From the NCBI GenBank assembly GCA_964035545.1, contig OZ037765.1, forward strand, positions 34,037,504 to 34,101,503: a stretch of 64,000 bases of DNA, in the 5' to 3' direction. Each line of letters starts with the position of its first letter. Position 1 is the stretch's first letter. The DNA is from Bugula neritina. Its lineage: Eukaryota > Animalia > Bryozoa. A model generated the notes under the pieces. It made no database searches and was not told where the DNA came from. It saw only the letters and a program-made list of their open reading frames with translations. Position numbers and translations under genes: made by a program. Below are positions 1 through 14,700 of this stretch, piece after piece.

Positions 1-94
1 CCAACATTCCTTCATACAGTTGTGCAACAGATGCACTTGGCAAGAGTCCAACAGGCAGGGAGGAGCTCACAGCGTGGCAAGTCTTGCAGGCATG

Positions 95-494
95 TGTGTG
101 TACAGTAGCACACCTACCTAGTGTGTGCATACAGTAGCACACCTACCTAGTGTGTGTACAGTAGCACACCTACCTAGTGTGTGTATACAGTAGCGCACCT
201 ACCTAGTGTGTATACAGTAGCACACCTACCTAGTGTGTGTGTACAGTAGCACACCTACCTAGTGTGTGTATACAGTAGCGCACCTACCTAGTGTGTGTAT
301 ACAGTAGCACACCTACCTAGTGTGTGTATACAGTAGCGCACCTACCTAGTGTGTGTATACAGTAGCGCACCTACCTAGTGTGTGTATACAGTAGCACACC
401 TACCTAGTGTGTGTATACAGTAGCACACCTACCTAGTGTGTGTATACAGTAGCACACCTACCTAGTGTGTGTATACAGTAGCGCACCTACCTAG
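95..494. repeat. 29-bp minisatellite (GTGTGTGTATACAGTAGCACACCTACCTA), ~13 copies
   Basis: Direct tandem units; last unit overlaps the NCOA donor. Confidence 0.95.
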
Positions 495-1142
495 CAAACT
501 CTCTAGCTCTAGGATGATGCCGTCTGGGTCGTTATTCATATTCAGAAGCTGTTCCAGAGAGCTGTTGGAGTTGAGAGACTGGCTAGAAGGAGGGGGTAGA
601 GAAGACGGGGTGGGATGGGGCGCGCCCCCTCCCAACACAGAGTTTACAGTCAACATACTGCTGGCTTCTGTTTTTAAACTTTGCTGGAAGTTCATAGGCG
701 GGTGATTGTTCCTGACGTTAGCCTGAGAGTGTTGCGGCGGCAGTGCGGGGGCCAGCTGATCCGCCCCTAACATGCCGTAGTAGTCCTTGGAGCCGAGGCT
801 ACTGTAGTTACTCATTAGAGTTGCGTTTCCCTGAGAAGGCGCAGAGCTGGTGGCGTCCATCTGGTTGCCCAGCCGGCTATCATAAACACTGGCATTGAGG
901 AAGGACTGGGGGTGGTACATGCTGGCAGCACCGCGGCTGCTGCTACTGACAGCACTGCTGACTGGTCTGGGCAGAGCTGCGTACCGACTGATGTCGAGCT
1001 GCTCCGTGCCCAGCATGATCTTGTCGTTGACTACGTCCACCACGTTGGACGGCTGACCCGACTTGCCAGGCGTACGGCGCTGAGAGTCTATTTGAGCTTG
1101 GAGTTTCTGAAGGGGCGTGGCAGTGATGTCCTGAGGGTTAAT
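491..1142 (-). CDS. NCOA: NCOA large exon with LEQLL and LESLL motifs
   Basis: INPQDITATPLQKLQAQ...SSLEQLLNMNNDPDGIILELESLL; contains most of ORF 462..1043; ctgtag acceptor, GTAGGT donor. Confidence 0.88.
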
Positions 1143-2313
1143 CTACAGCAAAGAACTCAGACTATACAGTATATATTACTCAGACTATACAGTATATAAT
1201 ACTCAGACTACACAGTATATATTACTCAGACTATACAGTATATATTACTCAAACTATACAGTATATATTACTCAGACTATATAGTATATTATATTACTCA
1301 GACTATACAGTATATACTACTCAGACTATACAGTATATATTACTCAGACTATACAGTATATATTACTCAGACTATACAGTATATATTACTAAGACTATAC
1401 AGTATATATTACTAAGACTATACAGTATATATTACTCAGACTATACAGTATATATTACTCAGACTATACAGTATATATTACTCAGACTATACAGTATATA
1501 TTACTCAAACTATACAGTATATATTACTCAGACTATATAGTATATTATATTACTCAGACTATACAGTATATATTACTAAGACTATACAGTATATATTACT
1601 AAGACTATACAGTATATATTACTCAGACTATACAGTATATATTACTCAGACTATACAGTATATATTACTCAGACTATACAGTATATATTACTCAGACTAT
1701 ATAGTATATATTACTCAGACTATACAGTATATATTACTCAGACTATACAGTATATATTACTCAGACTATACAATAAATATTACTCAAACTATACAGTATA
1801 TATTACTCAGACTATATAGTATATATTACTCAGACTATATAGTATAATAACAACGCACACCAAACACGGTACTTTGCTTCACTCATTTCCAAATCAATTT
1901 AGTACCAAAAATCTGATAAGATATAATTGAATTTGAATAAGATAAATTATCGCCATTGTTTTAGATTATTTTCAGTTAGAAAATGTACAATGAAGCTAAA
2001 CACAACAGCACTGTGAGCTCCTTTGATAAGCACACTCCCAACAATACACACTATTACAGCTCTGGTTACAAAGTGCACACCTACAGTATCATAACGTATT
2101 AGTGTGATGACTTTACATGCTGCCTCCATACAGAGCAGATTATTTATTCATGGCAGCATCTCAGCCCCATCCGAGGGGTCAGCAATCTCTAATCACTCAG
2201 ACTTGTGTAAATGTTAACAGCTGAGAGTACGTACAGCATCAGCTGTTTTATTACTAGTACTCTAGTACTAGTACTAGTAGTAGTAGTACTAGCAGTAGTA
2301 GTAGTAGTACTAC

Positions 2314-2372
<59 letters not shown>

Positions 2373-2396
2373 CTAGCAGTAGTAGTGGTAGTAGTG

Positions 2397-2444
<48 letters not shown>

Positions 2445-5400
2445 ACAGTAGTAGTAGTAGTAGTAGTAGTAGGAGTAGTAGTAGTACTAGTAGTAGTAGT
2501 AGTACTAGCAGTAGTAGTAGTAATAGTAGTAACAGTAGTAGTAGTAGTAGTAGTAATAGTACTAATAGTTGTAGTAGTACTAGTAGTAGCGGTAGTAGTA
2601 GTAGTACTACTAGTAGTAGTAGTAGTAGTAGCAGTAGTAGTAGTAGAGTACTAGTAGTACTAAACAACTAATCACTAACAGGTTTACTGGTATGTTACTA
2701 AATTGGAGCAACAATAGCAGAGTATATGTGGTAATAGCGGAGTAGTAAAACACAGCAGTGCTGCGGGTTAGTGTAGGCAGTTGATGTAAGAATCAGTATT
2801 TATAACAGAAGTTCATTTCCATGTTTCTACTTGGTAAACAAGTAAATAACAAGGAAATGATCATTAAATGTATTTGACACACTACACAGTACACACTACA
2901 CAGTACACACTACACAGTATACACTACACAGTACACACTACACAGTACACACTACACAGTATACACTACACAGTACACACTACACAGTATACACTACACA
3001 GTACACACTACACAGTACACACTACACAGTATACACTACACAGTACACACTACACAGTACACACTACACAGTATACACTACACAGTATACACTACACACT
3101 ACACAGTATACACTACACAGTACACACTACACAGTACACACTACACAGTATACACTACACAGTACACACTACACAGTATACACTACACAGTATACACTAC
3201 ACAGTATACACTACACACTACACAGTATACACTACACAGTACACACTACACAGTACACACTACACAGTATACACTACACAGTACACACTACACAGTATAC
3301 ACTACACAGTACACACTACACAGTATACACTACACAGTACACAGTACACACTACACAGTATACACTACACAGTATACACTACACAGTACACACTACACAG
3401 TATACACTACACAGTACACAGTACACACTACACAGTATACACTACACAGTATACACTACACAGTATACACTACACAGTACACAGTACACACTACACAGTA
3501 CACACTACACAGTATACACTACACAGTATACACTACACAGTACACACTACACAGTATACACTACACAGTACACACTACACAGTACACACTACACAGTATA
3601 CACTACACAGTACACACTACACAGTATACACTACACAGTACACACTACACAGTACACACTACACAGTACACAGTACACACTACACAGTACACACTACACA
3701 CATAACATACAGTTAGCTACAGTGGGTGGCACTAACAGTGAGAGAGAAGAATAAATACTAAGAACTGCTCCCATGTATCCACAATGCTAAATGAATATGA
3801 TCAACAGATATTACTACATGAAACTATATGTCTGTCTATGTTGAGAAGGTGTAGAATTCTCCTGAATTATATGTATTGTTTCCATTCATAGTGCTACTGT
3901 TACTAGATTCCTGTTATGTTAGACATACTATTACTGGTATTTCATGTTATATAGTATAATATACTATAATATACCATCATATATAATATGTAGTCCCGAA
4001 ATATACTGGATATATGAAAAACTAAGAATATAAAAATACTGAAATATCAACAGTTCACCGGTAACTTCAGTATTCCCACACCACAATGACTTCTAGTTAT
4101 CAACTACCTATGTAGAGGTCTATTCACCAGCTGACAAGTACAGTTAGAAGTGAAAATTGGCCTACCTTTGGCTTGGTGACGGATATATTTTCACCAGATT
4201 TGCTGCTGAGCAGTTTTTCTAGCAGCTGAGTGTTTTGGGAGGCTGCCGTGCTGTCTGCCTCCGCTGTCAACAGCGAGGATGTGGAGGAGATTGTGGTGCT
4301 GCCAATGCTCGCACTTATCTTCCTTTTGGTTCCCCTGCCGCTATCTGGGTTCTGTAATCCAGAGTTAGAACATCACAAGAGAGGAGAGATAGGTAACTGT
4401 TCGCCCAGTACCTTAGATACTAGTACGTATATCAAGTGACGTAAGACCAGTACGCCTGCTGTGTTCAAATCTACTGAGTTAATAGTATTCAGTGCTCAAG
4501 TAACGGTCATGGCGGCCAGAGTTCGACTAAGTACTTCACTGCTACTGCGGCTATGCCTACTTCTACGCTGTATCTGTAGCGCTATGTAAAAAATCACATC
4601 GCGCTAACATCATAAAGGTTATTATGGTTTTATTGATCGACTGTTCCATAACAAGTAATACTGGGTTCAGCGCTTAGTTCACGGTAACTAACCAATTGTT
4701 TAGCGTCTAACAACACTATCATAGTACGACGCCGCTGATTGGCTAATGCGGTTAACTGAAGGCACGTTGACTAACACTGCGTCGGATGAAGGAATTACGG
4801 GATATTCATGAAGATGGTAATGATTTCACCAGCATTATGGTAACTTATATCTAGTGAGTTACCTAAGAAAGATAAATGACCCCAGCAAAAGTTCGATGCC
4901 ATAAGAATAGGCTGTTACTTGACAAGAAATGATCTATTCAAAGTGATCATAGTGAATGAACTAGTGAATGAGAACTAACTGGTGATTGGTCATACACCAT
5001 GGCTTCAGGTGCTGGGGCATCAGCTGTTCAAACCTAGTAGTTTGGTCATTTCATCTTTTTAAAAACAGGCAGTTTCCCCCTATTTTATAAAACTCAATCA
5101 AATTTGATAGATCTTCATTATTTATCCCAAGTTGAATATTTTATAGTTGTAGTCATGTGAACTCTTCAGAAATCAAAGCAGCTAAAATATTAATAACCAA
5201 CTTTCTAACCAATCTGATTTAGACTGTAAAATTATCACTTGTTGAACTAAAATGCGCTGGGTACAAATTTCCACTAATGGAAGTGAGCTACCGTAAGCAC
5301 GAGGTGTAAGCAATGTATTTATATTAACAAATGAAAACAGGGCAGTGTTGTACAGAAGATCTATAAATAGAAGAAGATATTACAAGCAAGTAACCACATA

Positions 5401-8400
5401 AAACTGGGAGGTGGTGAAACTAAGCCACATGACTCGTGATACTTTGCCAAGACCAGCATTGAAAGGCTGGTGAATAAAACACTATCTGGGTGATGGATGT
5501 GTGCCATAGGGAGGTGACTGGGGGGGGGGGGCTAACCTAGCTTAGGGTAAGAAACCATCACTTGTGACCTGCAAGGGTGAGTGAGTGGAGGTGCACGGGT
5601 AGATGAGTGGAAGGGCACATGAGTGGAGGGGTGCAGGGGTGGATGAGTAGAGGGGCACAGGGGCGGATAAGTTGACAAGCCAGGCTAGGGGGGGTTCTTC
5701 AACTTAATGGGATTATAAAATGAAAGAGAATACTATTTTTGTAGAGAATTTTTAAATCAGAAAGTTCCATGGTTATTTTCTCAAAGAAAATTTAGAGTGT
5801 TTGTCATCATGTCTACTGAATGTGTGGATGTTACCCACATGAAAAATTATAACTGAAACGTATAAATAGGAGAAAGGGGTGGAATGGAGAGGGGAAGAGG
5901 GAGGTGGAAGAGAAGAGGAGAAAGGGGGAAGAGAGAGGGGTGGAAGAGAAAGAGAAGTGGGTAGAAAAGAGAGAGGGGAGAAAGTGGAACAGAGAAGAGG
6001 AACAGAAAAGGGGATGGAAGTTAGACCACTCATGAACTGCTGACAGTAGAAGCCTGAAGGAATGCTGCCCAACTAACTGGATTTAATAATAACAAGGGCT
6101 GAGCTATTTTTAGCACATTAGTTTAATAAAGGCAGTCAGTGTGCAAGTAACTAAATAAAGATGGTGTATTTTTGTCATTAGCGGGCAGCTGCTGGCATCA
6201 CTTAAACATCGTAGGCATCCAGGTTATTTCGATAAAATCAATTACTGTTAATTAAAAGTTCATACTTTTTTAGTTGCATTCACAAAATATTTAAAAAAAA
6301 TCTCAACTCAATATACCAGAAAAAATGAATTAAAATATATGTGTTAATAGCACTGATATTGACGTGACCGTGGCACATGAAAAATCTGAAAGAAGAGTTG
6401 TCTTCTATTTTTCTATATTAACGTATAGAGCTTGCCGTGAAAATACAGATTTTTAAAAAAAAATATTGTGACCCTCTGGTAACTTTTTGAATTTAGAAAA
6501 TTGGCTCATATATTTCTTTTCATGTGGACAACAGCTCACTTTTTTTTAAATTTATTTTGAAGCTCTTTTCGTAAAAAATAATCAAAAGTAAAAAATCCAA
6601 AATTTTTACAAATTGGTTCGGGGCTTGACGTGAAAGGCGTTTGGACAAAGATGTCAAGGTCACCATTAATAAATATATTATTTCATCACAATACTGCACG
6701 GAAAGTTAATGAAGTGAGCTGAAAATTAGGTTGCTAGCATATTGATATACATTATATTGGTTGTTACAGTATTATTTTTTAAATTTGTTTTGTTATCAGT
6801 TATGTTTAACTTTTTCATAAAGCTGCTGTTAGACTAAGAGTAAGACATAATATTACCATTACTAATGGTAATATTATGTCTTACTAGCCCGCATTAGCAA
6901 CAATGATAATATTAAATTAAAATTATTATTAAATTCACGGTGAAGTGTCACTATGACTATGATACTCTATAACTATGAGTATGAGTATCGTATAAATTAA
7001 TTATAATGAGTATGAGTATCACTATGACATTAACTCAATCAGTGATTGACTATGTCTATTACTATGAATATGACTATGCATAACTCAATGAGAATATCAA
7101 TATGAATATGGCTTCTAATTCTTGTAACTTTTGACTATGACGATGCTGATACTGATAATCACTGCCAGCCCAAGTCTCATACTCATAGTGATACTATTAC
7201 TATTGTCTATTAGTATTAATAATTAGTATTACTCTTAGTACAACTACTAGTATTACTCATAGTTCTGATAATGATGCAGATGATAGTTTTAGAAGTTCTA
7301 CTTCTACTTTTAATTTTATAGTACGCTAGATTGTATATGTTGAACTCTACTCATTTTTTACTACTAATGCTAATACTAATAGTAATAGTAATAATGATTA
7401 TAGTTGTTATAATGATAGTAATACTAATAGTAATAACAACTATTTAAATTTGATAATTCATGTTTTACAACAGCATTATCACTTATCAATTACATTGGTT
7501 CATAATATGCTTATTTTAATTTTGCTTTGTGTGTTTTGTCATGTTGTAAATTTAAGTTTGTATGGTTATTTAATGAACTAGAGAACTAGCCAAATGTTAT
7601 GTAACAGTTGCAATAATTTACTATAAACTCAGTGAAATTTAAAACCTAATTGATATTACTATAACATTGATTGTACAGAGGTAGCTAAAATATACATTAA
7701 ATTACCAATAATTTTAACTCGCCAATACACTATGAGTAGAACAATCAAATGCAATGATAGAAAATTAATTAGTCATAGCAGCCCGTTGCTTGAAGAACAT
7801 CAAGCTACAGGTCTAAAATTATGTAGTTTTGTGATCCATTACATAACAAAATAATTTTTTTCAAACTGGTTTAATACTTTTATTATGAACACGCTTATCA
7901 AAGTAACATGTTTGTGATGTATATTCTATTAAAAAAGCAATCACATCAGGTTTTCAACTTGTATGTTGTACAATGTTTATTATGGTGACAAGTTACTAAA
8001 TCATATGGTTCAGCTTTGTAAAGTAAAGCTGATAAAATAAATACAAGTATGTGATTGTTTTACTACTATATATTAAATTTAAATGAGTTGAATAATATCC
8101 TAGTGCAGTGAATTAGATATTTTTTAGCTTTGGTACACCTGTTTGTTATAGGCTAACATTCCACCAATAGAAGAATGGTGCAAGTAGAAGAAATTTCAGG
8201 CGCAGAAAGCTAAGGAGCAGTCAGAATGCTGCCAGAGTTGTGAAGAGGCACTTGAAAAAGCTGAATTTCAATAATGACATGACATTCGTAACATATCACC
8301 CTGGTGTATTTGAACTGACATGGCCAGCAGAGTTCTCGAAGTCACATTCAACAGCTATTTACATCATCATGGTTAGCTTAAATTTAATTCCTATATCAGT

Positions 8401-11400
8401 CTCTAATATATAGTTTGATATCTGCTGTAAATTCGCTTAAGGAGCATACACATAACCAAAACTGAGTTACACTATAGTATTTGTTCTTGAATATATTTAC
8501 CAAGATAAGTAGATTTGCTAATTCATTTTAACAGTAAAATTATAATGATACAACAATTTTTCTTTTAGATGATTCAATCAATAACACAAGACACTACAAC
8601 ATGGTTTTGCAGTTATAGAGTATTAATTTTCTGGCTCTTTCCAAATCTTCATAGAAGGCAAAGAAAACCACCGTCAGCTTGCCTTTATAACTGAGTGCAA
8701 GCTTCTTCCACCTACAGATGATGATAAACAATTTGCTGATGTGGAACTTTCTAATTTTGTTTACAATGAAGATAGATTATAGGACATTATTCTTTATGTA
8801 AAGATTGTCAAGTTTTGTTATAATTAAGAACAGTTTTAGTTTCAATAAATCAGTTCAACATTATGGACATCATTGCACAAACATTTTAATCTTTACTATC
8901 TACAAAGGTATCTGATGAACTACTTGAAAATACAAAACTATGCTCCAGATACACAATGAACTGACCAGCAAAGTTAAAATGAGTTGGAGATGTAGAACAT
9001 AATATCTTGTTCAAGGCTTTTCCCTGCTGTTGGAACCTTCTTCTTCAGAACACTGAATTGAACAAACATATGTAGATATATAAAACTTTGCAAACAATAA
9101 TAATGTGAAATTAGTTGCTAAGTATCACATTGCTAATAAATACAGCATTGTGTAATATTTTATTTAATTTTTTTTTGAGCCATTTGATCTATAGGCCCGC
9201 ATAGTATTTACTATATTATAACTAATAAATTGCAGACACATTATGTCAGACCAGTCTCCATTTAAATAGAATAGTGTAGGCTATCAAATTTGTAGAAGTA
9301 AAAAACCGCATTCTTATTGAGTAAAATACTTACCTTTTTTTTCATGATGCCTCTACTGCTAAAAAGAGAAGTTTTTATCAATACAGCTCCATCAATCCGT
9401 ATCCTGATGAAGCTAGTAGTTTAGGAACATTTGTGGCGGGAGTGTAGGCTGAGCTGCAGTATAGGAAGAACCCCAACATATGTAATCTATTCAGCACATT
9501 ATATGTATTGTAGAAATTTATTCAAAAAAGAATTTAGAAAATGCTTCATGAAGCATGAACAAAATAAAAATTAATGCTGTAATATTATTACACCCATTAG
9601 AATTACTAGCAGCTATAGCATTAAAATTATGTATTTTTATAAAAATGTGTCTAATTTATGCTACAAAGTTATTACTGCCAAAGGTTACAGAATTTACCAG
9701 TCACATTCATGCAGCTGATGGAGAATAACTAACCTTCACATGCAATAAATACAATTAGTAGCTCTATCTAAAACTAATGCGCTGCTAAATGTTAGGAGTA
9801 TAAGTTATAGTTATTCTAAGGAATAATTGCAAAAAAAGTTACGTAGAGGAATTTAACTCTTATTATATTGTAATTATCTTCCAAGATATATTACAACATC
9901 ACTACTTGGATACATACAATGTCATATTTATATTGGCATCAACATAATTTTCAATAATTTCCAATCTATTAACTTGAGCATTATGATTGTGATTATTTTA
10001 TAAATAAGGCGATGATTAGGCACTGTTGGTATTTTGGTTCAATTTATTTATAGCTGTAACAGGCAGAGTTGTAAATATAATGGATATATCAAAATTCCAA
10101 TGGGTATAGTACTCTAACACAACATTGATACTAATAATTGTAGTCACTTACTCTTAGAGTTAGTGAATGATGATACAGTCATAACAATTTGAATATCAAT
10201 CAGCATTAGAGATAGACTGACTGCTTTATAATATTATAGTTATTATGTCAAATTGAATTTATTCACTATAAATAAAAAAATTATGATTATAATTATAAAT
10301 TAAAATAATTTAAATATTATATAATATATTGATAATTATTGGAATCATAATTATATTTATTGTTATGATCATTATGATTATAATTATTTAATGTTATCTT
10401 TATGTTTGTATTTAAAATTGTTCCTTAAATCTAAAGTTGTTTAAGTTTTTTTAAATTTATTATAATTATATTACTGTATAAGTATTGCTATTAGTATTAG
10501 TATAATTAAATTATTATAATTTATATTTTATTATTTACATTTATTTTACTTTTTATTTTAAGACCAACAGTTCAAATTAATACTTGTGTCGTTTGCTCTA
10601 TATTATAACTTACAAGTATAACTATTAACATAATAATATTAGATTTGCTGTTAGTATTACTATGAATATAAATATTTATGTTAATATAGCTAATGCTATC
10701 GGTATAACTTATACTTATAGTTATAACTAATATTACAAGTATTAGTTTCGAAACTGATCCTGCTCCGTAACATTAACATACTGATACTGTCATATGATTA
10801 TCATTATGACTAATAATGGTATTAATAAATATAACCATTGGATATTATTAATAATAGTTCACCAATACTAATAGGCGATAGTCATAGACTTAGAGTGAGA
10901 GTCATAGACATAGACTAGTGATACTCATACTGATAAGTGATAGTGATACTGTGATTCACTGATTCAATTACAAATTTTAAAACTTGTTTTTACGTAGACA
11001 ACTACTAACCTATAGTTCATCACAAAACGGTTGAAAATCATCATTTACTGCATATTTAAGAGTGATTTTCTGGTAGTGTGGTCGACATGATAATTGAAAT
11101 TAAAATAGGAAAAATAATTATTTTGTGATTTACAGCAAGTTACAAACTAGCGAAATGGAATAGTCCATTTGAAAACAGTCAAATTAGTTACCTTTCTTGA
11201 TGTTGCGTAGCTAACGTTAGTTATTAGTAGCCGCCCGAAGAGTAACATGCATGTGATTTGAGCTACGAATAACGAGAATCTGTGACAAACCCGCTTCTTA
11301 ATAACTTTACGCGATATAAACTCACGCTACAATAGGGCTATTTTGCCATCCCCACGTCAGAATAGGACACGGAGGGCAAGCTCGCGGGCAAGTCTGGGCA

Positions 11401-11660
11401 AGTCTAAGACACCTAATATGACCACTTTTACTTGCATTTTTGTAGTGTTTTCGTATAAGAAATTGGATAAAATGCTGATAAAACAGTTGAAAAGCATGCA
11501 AACTTTTGCTCAAATGTCATAAATAACCTGGATGCTTACGGCCTTTAACACTTGAAGGAATGTGTACCTATTCAATCAGTAGTAAGACTGGAAATAGTAG
11601 TACTAGTAGCAGTAATAGTACTAGGAGCAGTAGTAGCAGTACTAGTAGTAGTAGTTGTAC

Positions 11661-11702
<42 letters not shown>

Positions 11703-14700
11703 CAGTAGTAGTATTAGTATTAGTACTAGTAGTAGCAGTAGTAGCAGTAGTAGTAGTAGTATTTAGTAGTAGTAGTAGCAGTAGTAGTAGTGGTAGTAGT
11801 AGTAGTAGTACTAGCAGTAGTAGTAGTAACACTAGCAGCAGTTACAAACTTACAGAGATATCCGTGCTGGATCCACCACTGCTGTGACGTCTGCTGTGAT
11901 TTACACTACTAGAAGTGGGAGACTGAGCAGGGGGTGACTTCTTCGTGGAGACAACCTGAATAATAACAACAGGTAATACTCACAGGTAACAGATAAGGGG
12001 GCGGAGAAGGAAGACGCAGTAAGACAGCATAGGGGGTATAACACACTCCTACCTCCTTCTCCTCTTCTTTGCACCGGAGTTTATCCAGAAGACCAGGTCT
12101 AGCCTCCTGCTTCTCCACATCGTTATTCAGTAGTTGCTACAACCAAGTAGTAGTCTGAGAATATACAGTAGCAGGTAGATATGTCAGTAGTCTGAGAATA
12201 TACTGTAGCAGGTAGATATGTCAGTAGTCTGAGAATATACAGCAGCAGGTAGAGATGTCAGTAGTCTGAGAATATACAGTAGCAGGTAGAGATGTCAGTA
12301 GTCTGAGAATATACAGTAGCAGGTAGAGATGTTAGTAGTCTGAGAATATACTGTAGCAGGTAGAGATGTTAGTAGTCTGAGAATATACTGTAGCAGGTAG
12401 AGATGTTAGTAGACTGAGAATATACAGTAGCAGGTAGATATGTTAGTAGTCTGAGACTATACTGTAGCAGGTAGAGATGTTAGTAGTCTGAGAATACACA
12501 GTAGCAGGTAGAGATGTCAGTAGTCTGAGAATACACAGTAGCAGGTAGACATGTTAATAGTCTGAGAATATACAGCAGCAGGTAGATATGTCAGTAGTCT
12601 GAGAATACACAGTAGCAGGTAGAGATGTCAGTAGTCTGAGAATATACAGTAGCAGGTAGAGATGTCAGTAGTCTGAGAATATACAGTAGCAGGTAGAGAT
12701 GTTAATAGTCTGAGAATATACAGTAGCAGGTAGATATGTCAGTAGTCTGAGAATATACTGTAGCAGGTAGAGATGTTAATAGTCTGAGAATATACAGTAG
12801 CAGGTAGATATGTTAGTAGTCCGAGAATATACAGTAGCAGGTAGAGATGTCAGTAGTCTGAGAATACACAGTAGCAGGTAGAGATGTTAATAGTCTGAGA
12901 ATATACAGCAGCAGGTAGAGATGTCAGTAGTCTGAGAATATACAGTAGCAGGTAGATATGTTAGTAGTCTGAGAATATACAGTAGCAGGTAGAGATGTCA
13001 GTAGTCTGAGAATATACTGTAGCAGGTAGAGATGTTAATAGTCTGAGAATATACAGTAGCAGGTAGATATGTTAGTAGTCCGAGAATATACAGTAGCAGG
13101 TAGAGATGTCAGTAGTCTGAGAATACACAGTAGCAGGTAGACATGTTAATAGTCTGAGAATATACAGCAGCAGGTAGAGATGTCAGTAGTCTGAGAATAT
13201 ACTGTAGCAGGTAGAGATGTTAGTAGTCTGAGAATATACTGTAGCAGGTAGAGATGTTAGTAGACTGAGAATACACAGTAGCAGGTAGAGATGTCAGTAG
13301 TCTGAGAATATACAGTAGCAGGTACATGGTATACTTATAGTGACTACAAGTGTGAGAAACTGATTAGCCAATCAGATAGCTTGTAACATAACAACAGGAA
13401 ATGATAGTATAATCATTCATTATTTATCAGGAAGGCTTCCCTGAGTGAATCTACTGACAGATGCTGTCTCGTGTAGCTGTCTGTTGAATAGCTGGAGGTC
13501 AGTCAGCAGGTCAGAGGTCAACAACTCTTTCTCTATCTTTTGGCTGCCAGAGGAGAGAGACTAGCCCTTCCCTCTCTATCTCTTGGCTGCCAGAGGAGAG
13601 AGACTAGCCAAACATGAGCAACAAAAGCAAACACAACTGAACTGTAACACCTCAAGACCGAGAATGCTGCCACTAACATGAGGAGATGCTGCAGAGGCAG
13701 CAATAATAATGAATCACTGGACATCAAAAGATAACAAGCTTACAGCACAAAAATAAGAATGAAAACAGATAAAATTTAGTGCCTACGCTAACCATGAAGT
13801 CTAACAACGTACCAGGAAGGTTAATTGATTGGTGGAGCAGTAGAAGTCAAAGTGACCCTAGAGTGACCTCAACTTATGATATCATAAACAACAAACAACT
13901 AAACAGAGTCCACGACTCAGCCGATTAGTAAACAACTCTGTGTGTCCACTCAACGCCAACCTATTAATCATCCACAACAATACAGAGCCTTTCTAGTGGT
14001 CTTACAAGAGCATCATGTAAGATTACTCGACACTCCGTGGGGGAACAACTCCCATTGAATCTCATCAACACTGGGTAGCCTGAGGATCTCACCACAGTTC
14101 AGGGAAGGTAAATGGCCCATTCCCTAGCCCATGATCACAACAATTCTTACGTGAAGCTAGGAATGCCGAACTTTCTACCGCAGGGGTGTAAAGTTTAGAG
14201 CTGCATTGTGCCTTATAGCAGGGTAGTGTTAGAGATAGTAATCAATAGGAGAGAATGGTGTACTCCGTCACGTTGTGCCATTCATTAAGCAGTGAGGAGT
14301 GAATATAACAGAGTGTAAACAGGTTACAGCACAAACAGTAGCTGTAGCAGGTGATTGGCTAAATAAAGTGTACAGTAACAGTAGCTGACTGCCTGTATAA
14401 TATCCATCATAGAGAAGTGTGTACCTGTATACTGTATACCTGTATACTGTATACCTGTATACTGTATACCTGTATACTATATACCTGTATACTATATACC
14501 TGTATACTATATACCTGTATACTATATATACCTGTATACTATATACCTGTATACTGTATACCTGTATACTATATACCTGTATACTATATACCTGTATACT
14601 ATATACCTGTATATAGTATATAGTATACCTGTGTACCTGTATACTATATACCTGTATACTATATATACCTGTATACTATATATACCTGTATACTATATAC

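Noticed and set aside
1-90. Next NCOA exon at the left edge
   Set aside because: No convincing acceptor with an open phase-1 frame; the gene continues outside the window.
2211-3716. Poly-V/L/S and YTVHTTQ ORFs (also 11552-11887, 14417-15209, 58072-58858)
   Set aside because: Simple-repeat artefacts.
6202-11548. piggyBac assignment for the TTAA-flanked element
   Set aside because: Termini begin with A(G/C) rather than CC(C/T), and the internal remnant is KolX-like.
12150-13323. CRISPR-like regular 37-bp repeats (also the 29-, 31- and 39-bp arrays)
   Set aside because: Units are contiguous with no unique spacers, there are no cas genes, and the context is a eukaryotic intron.
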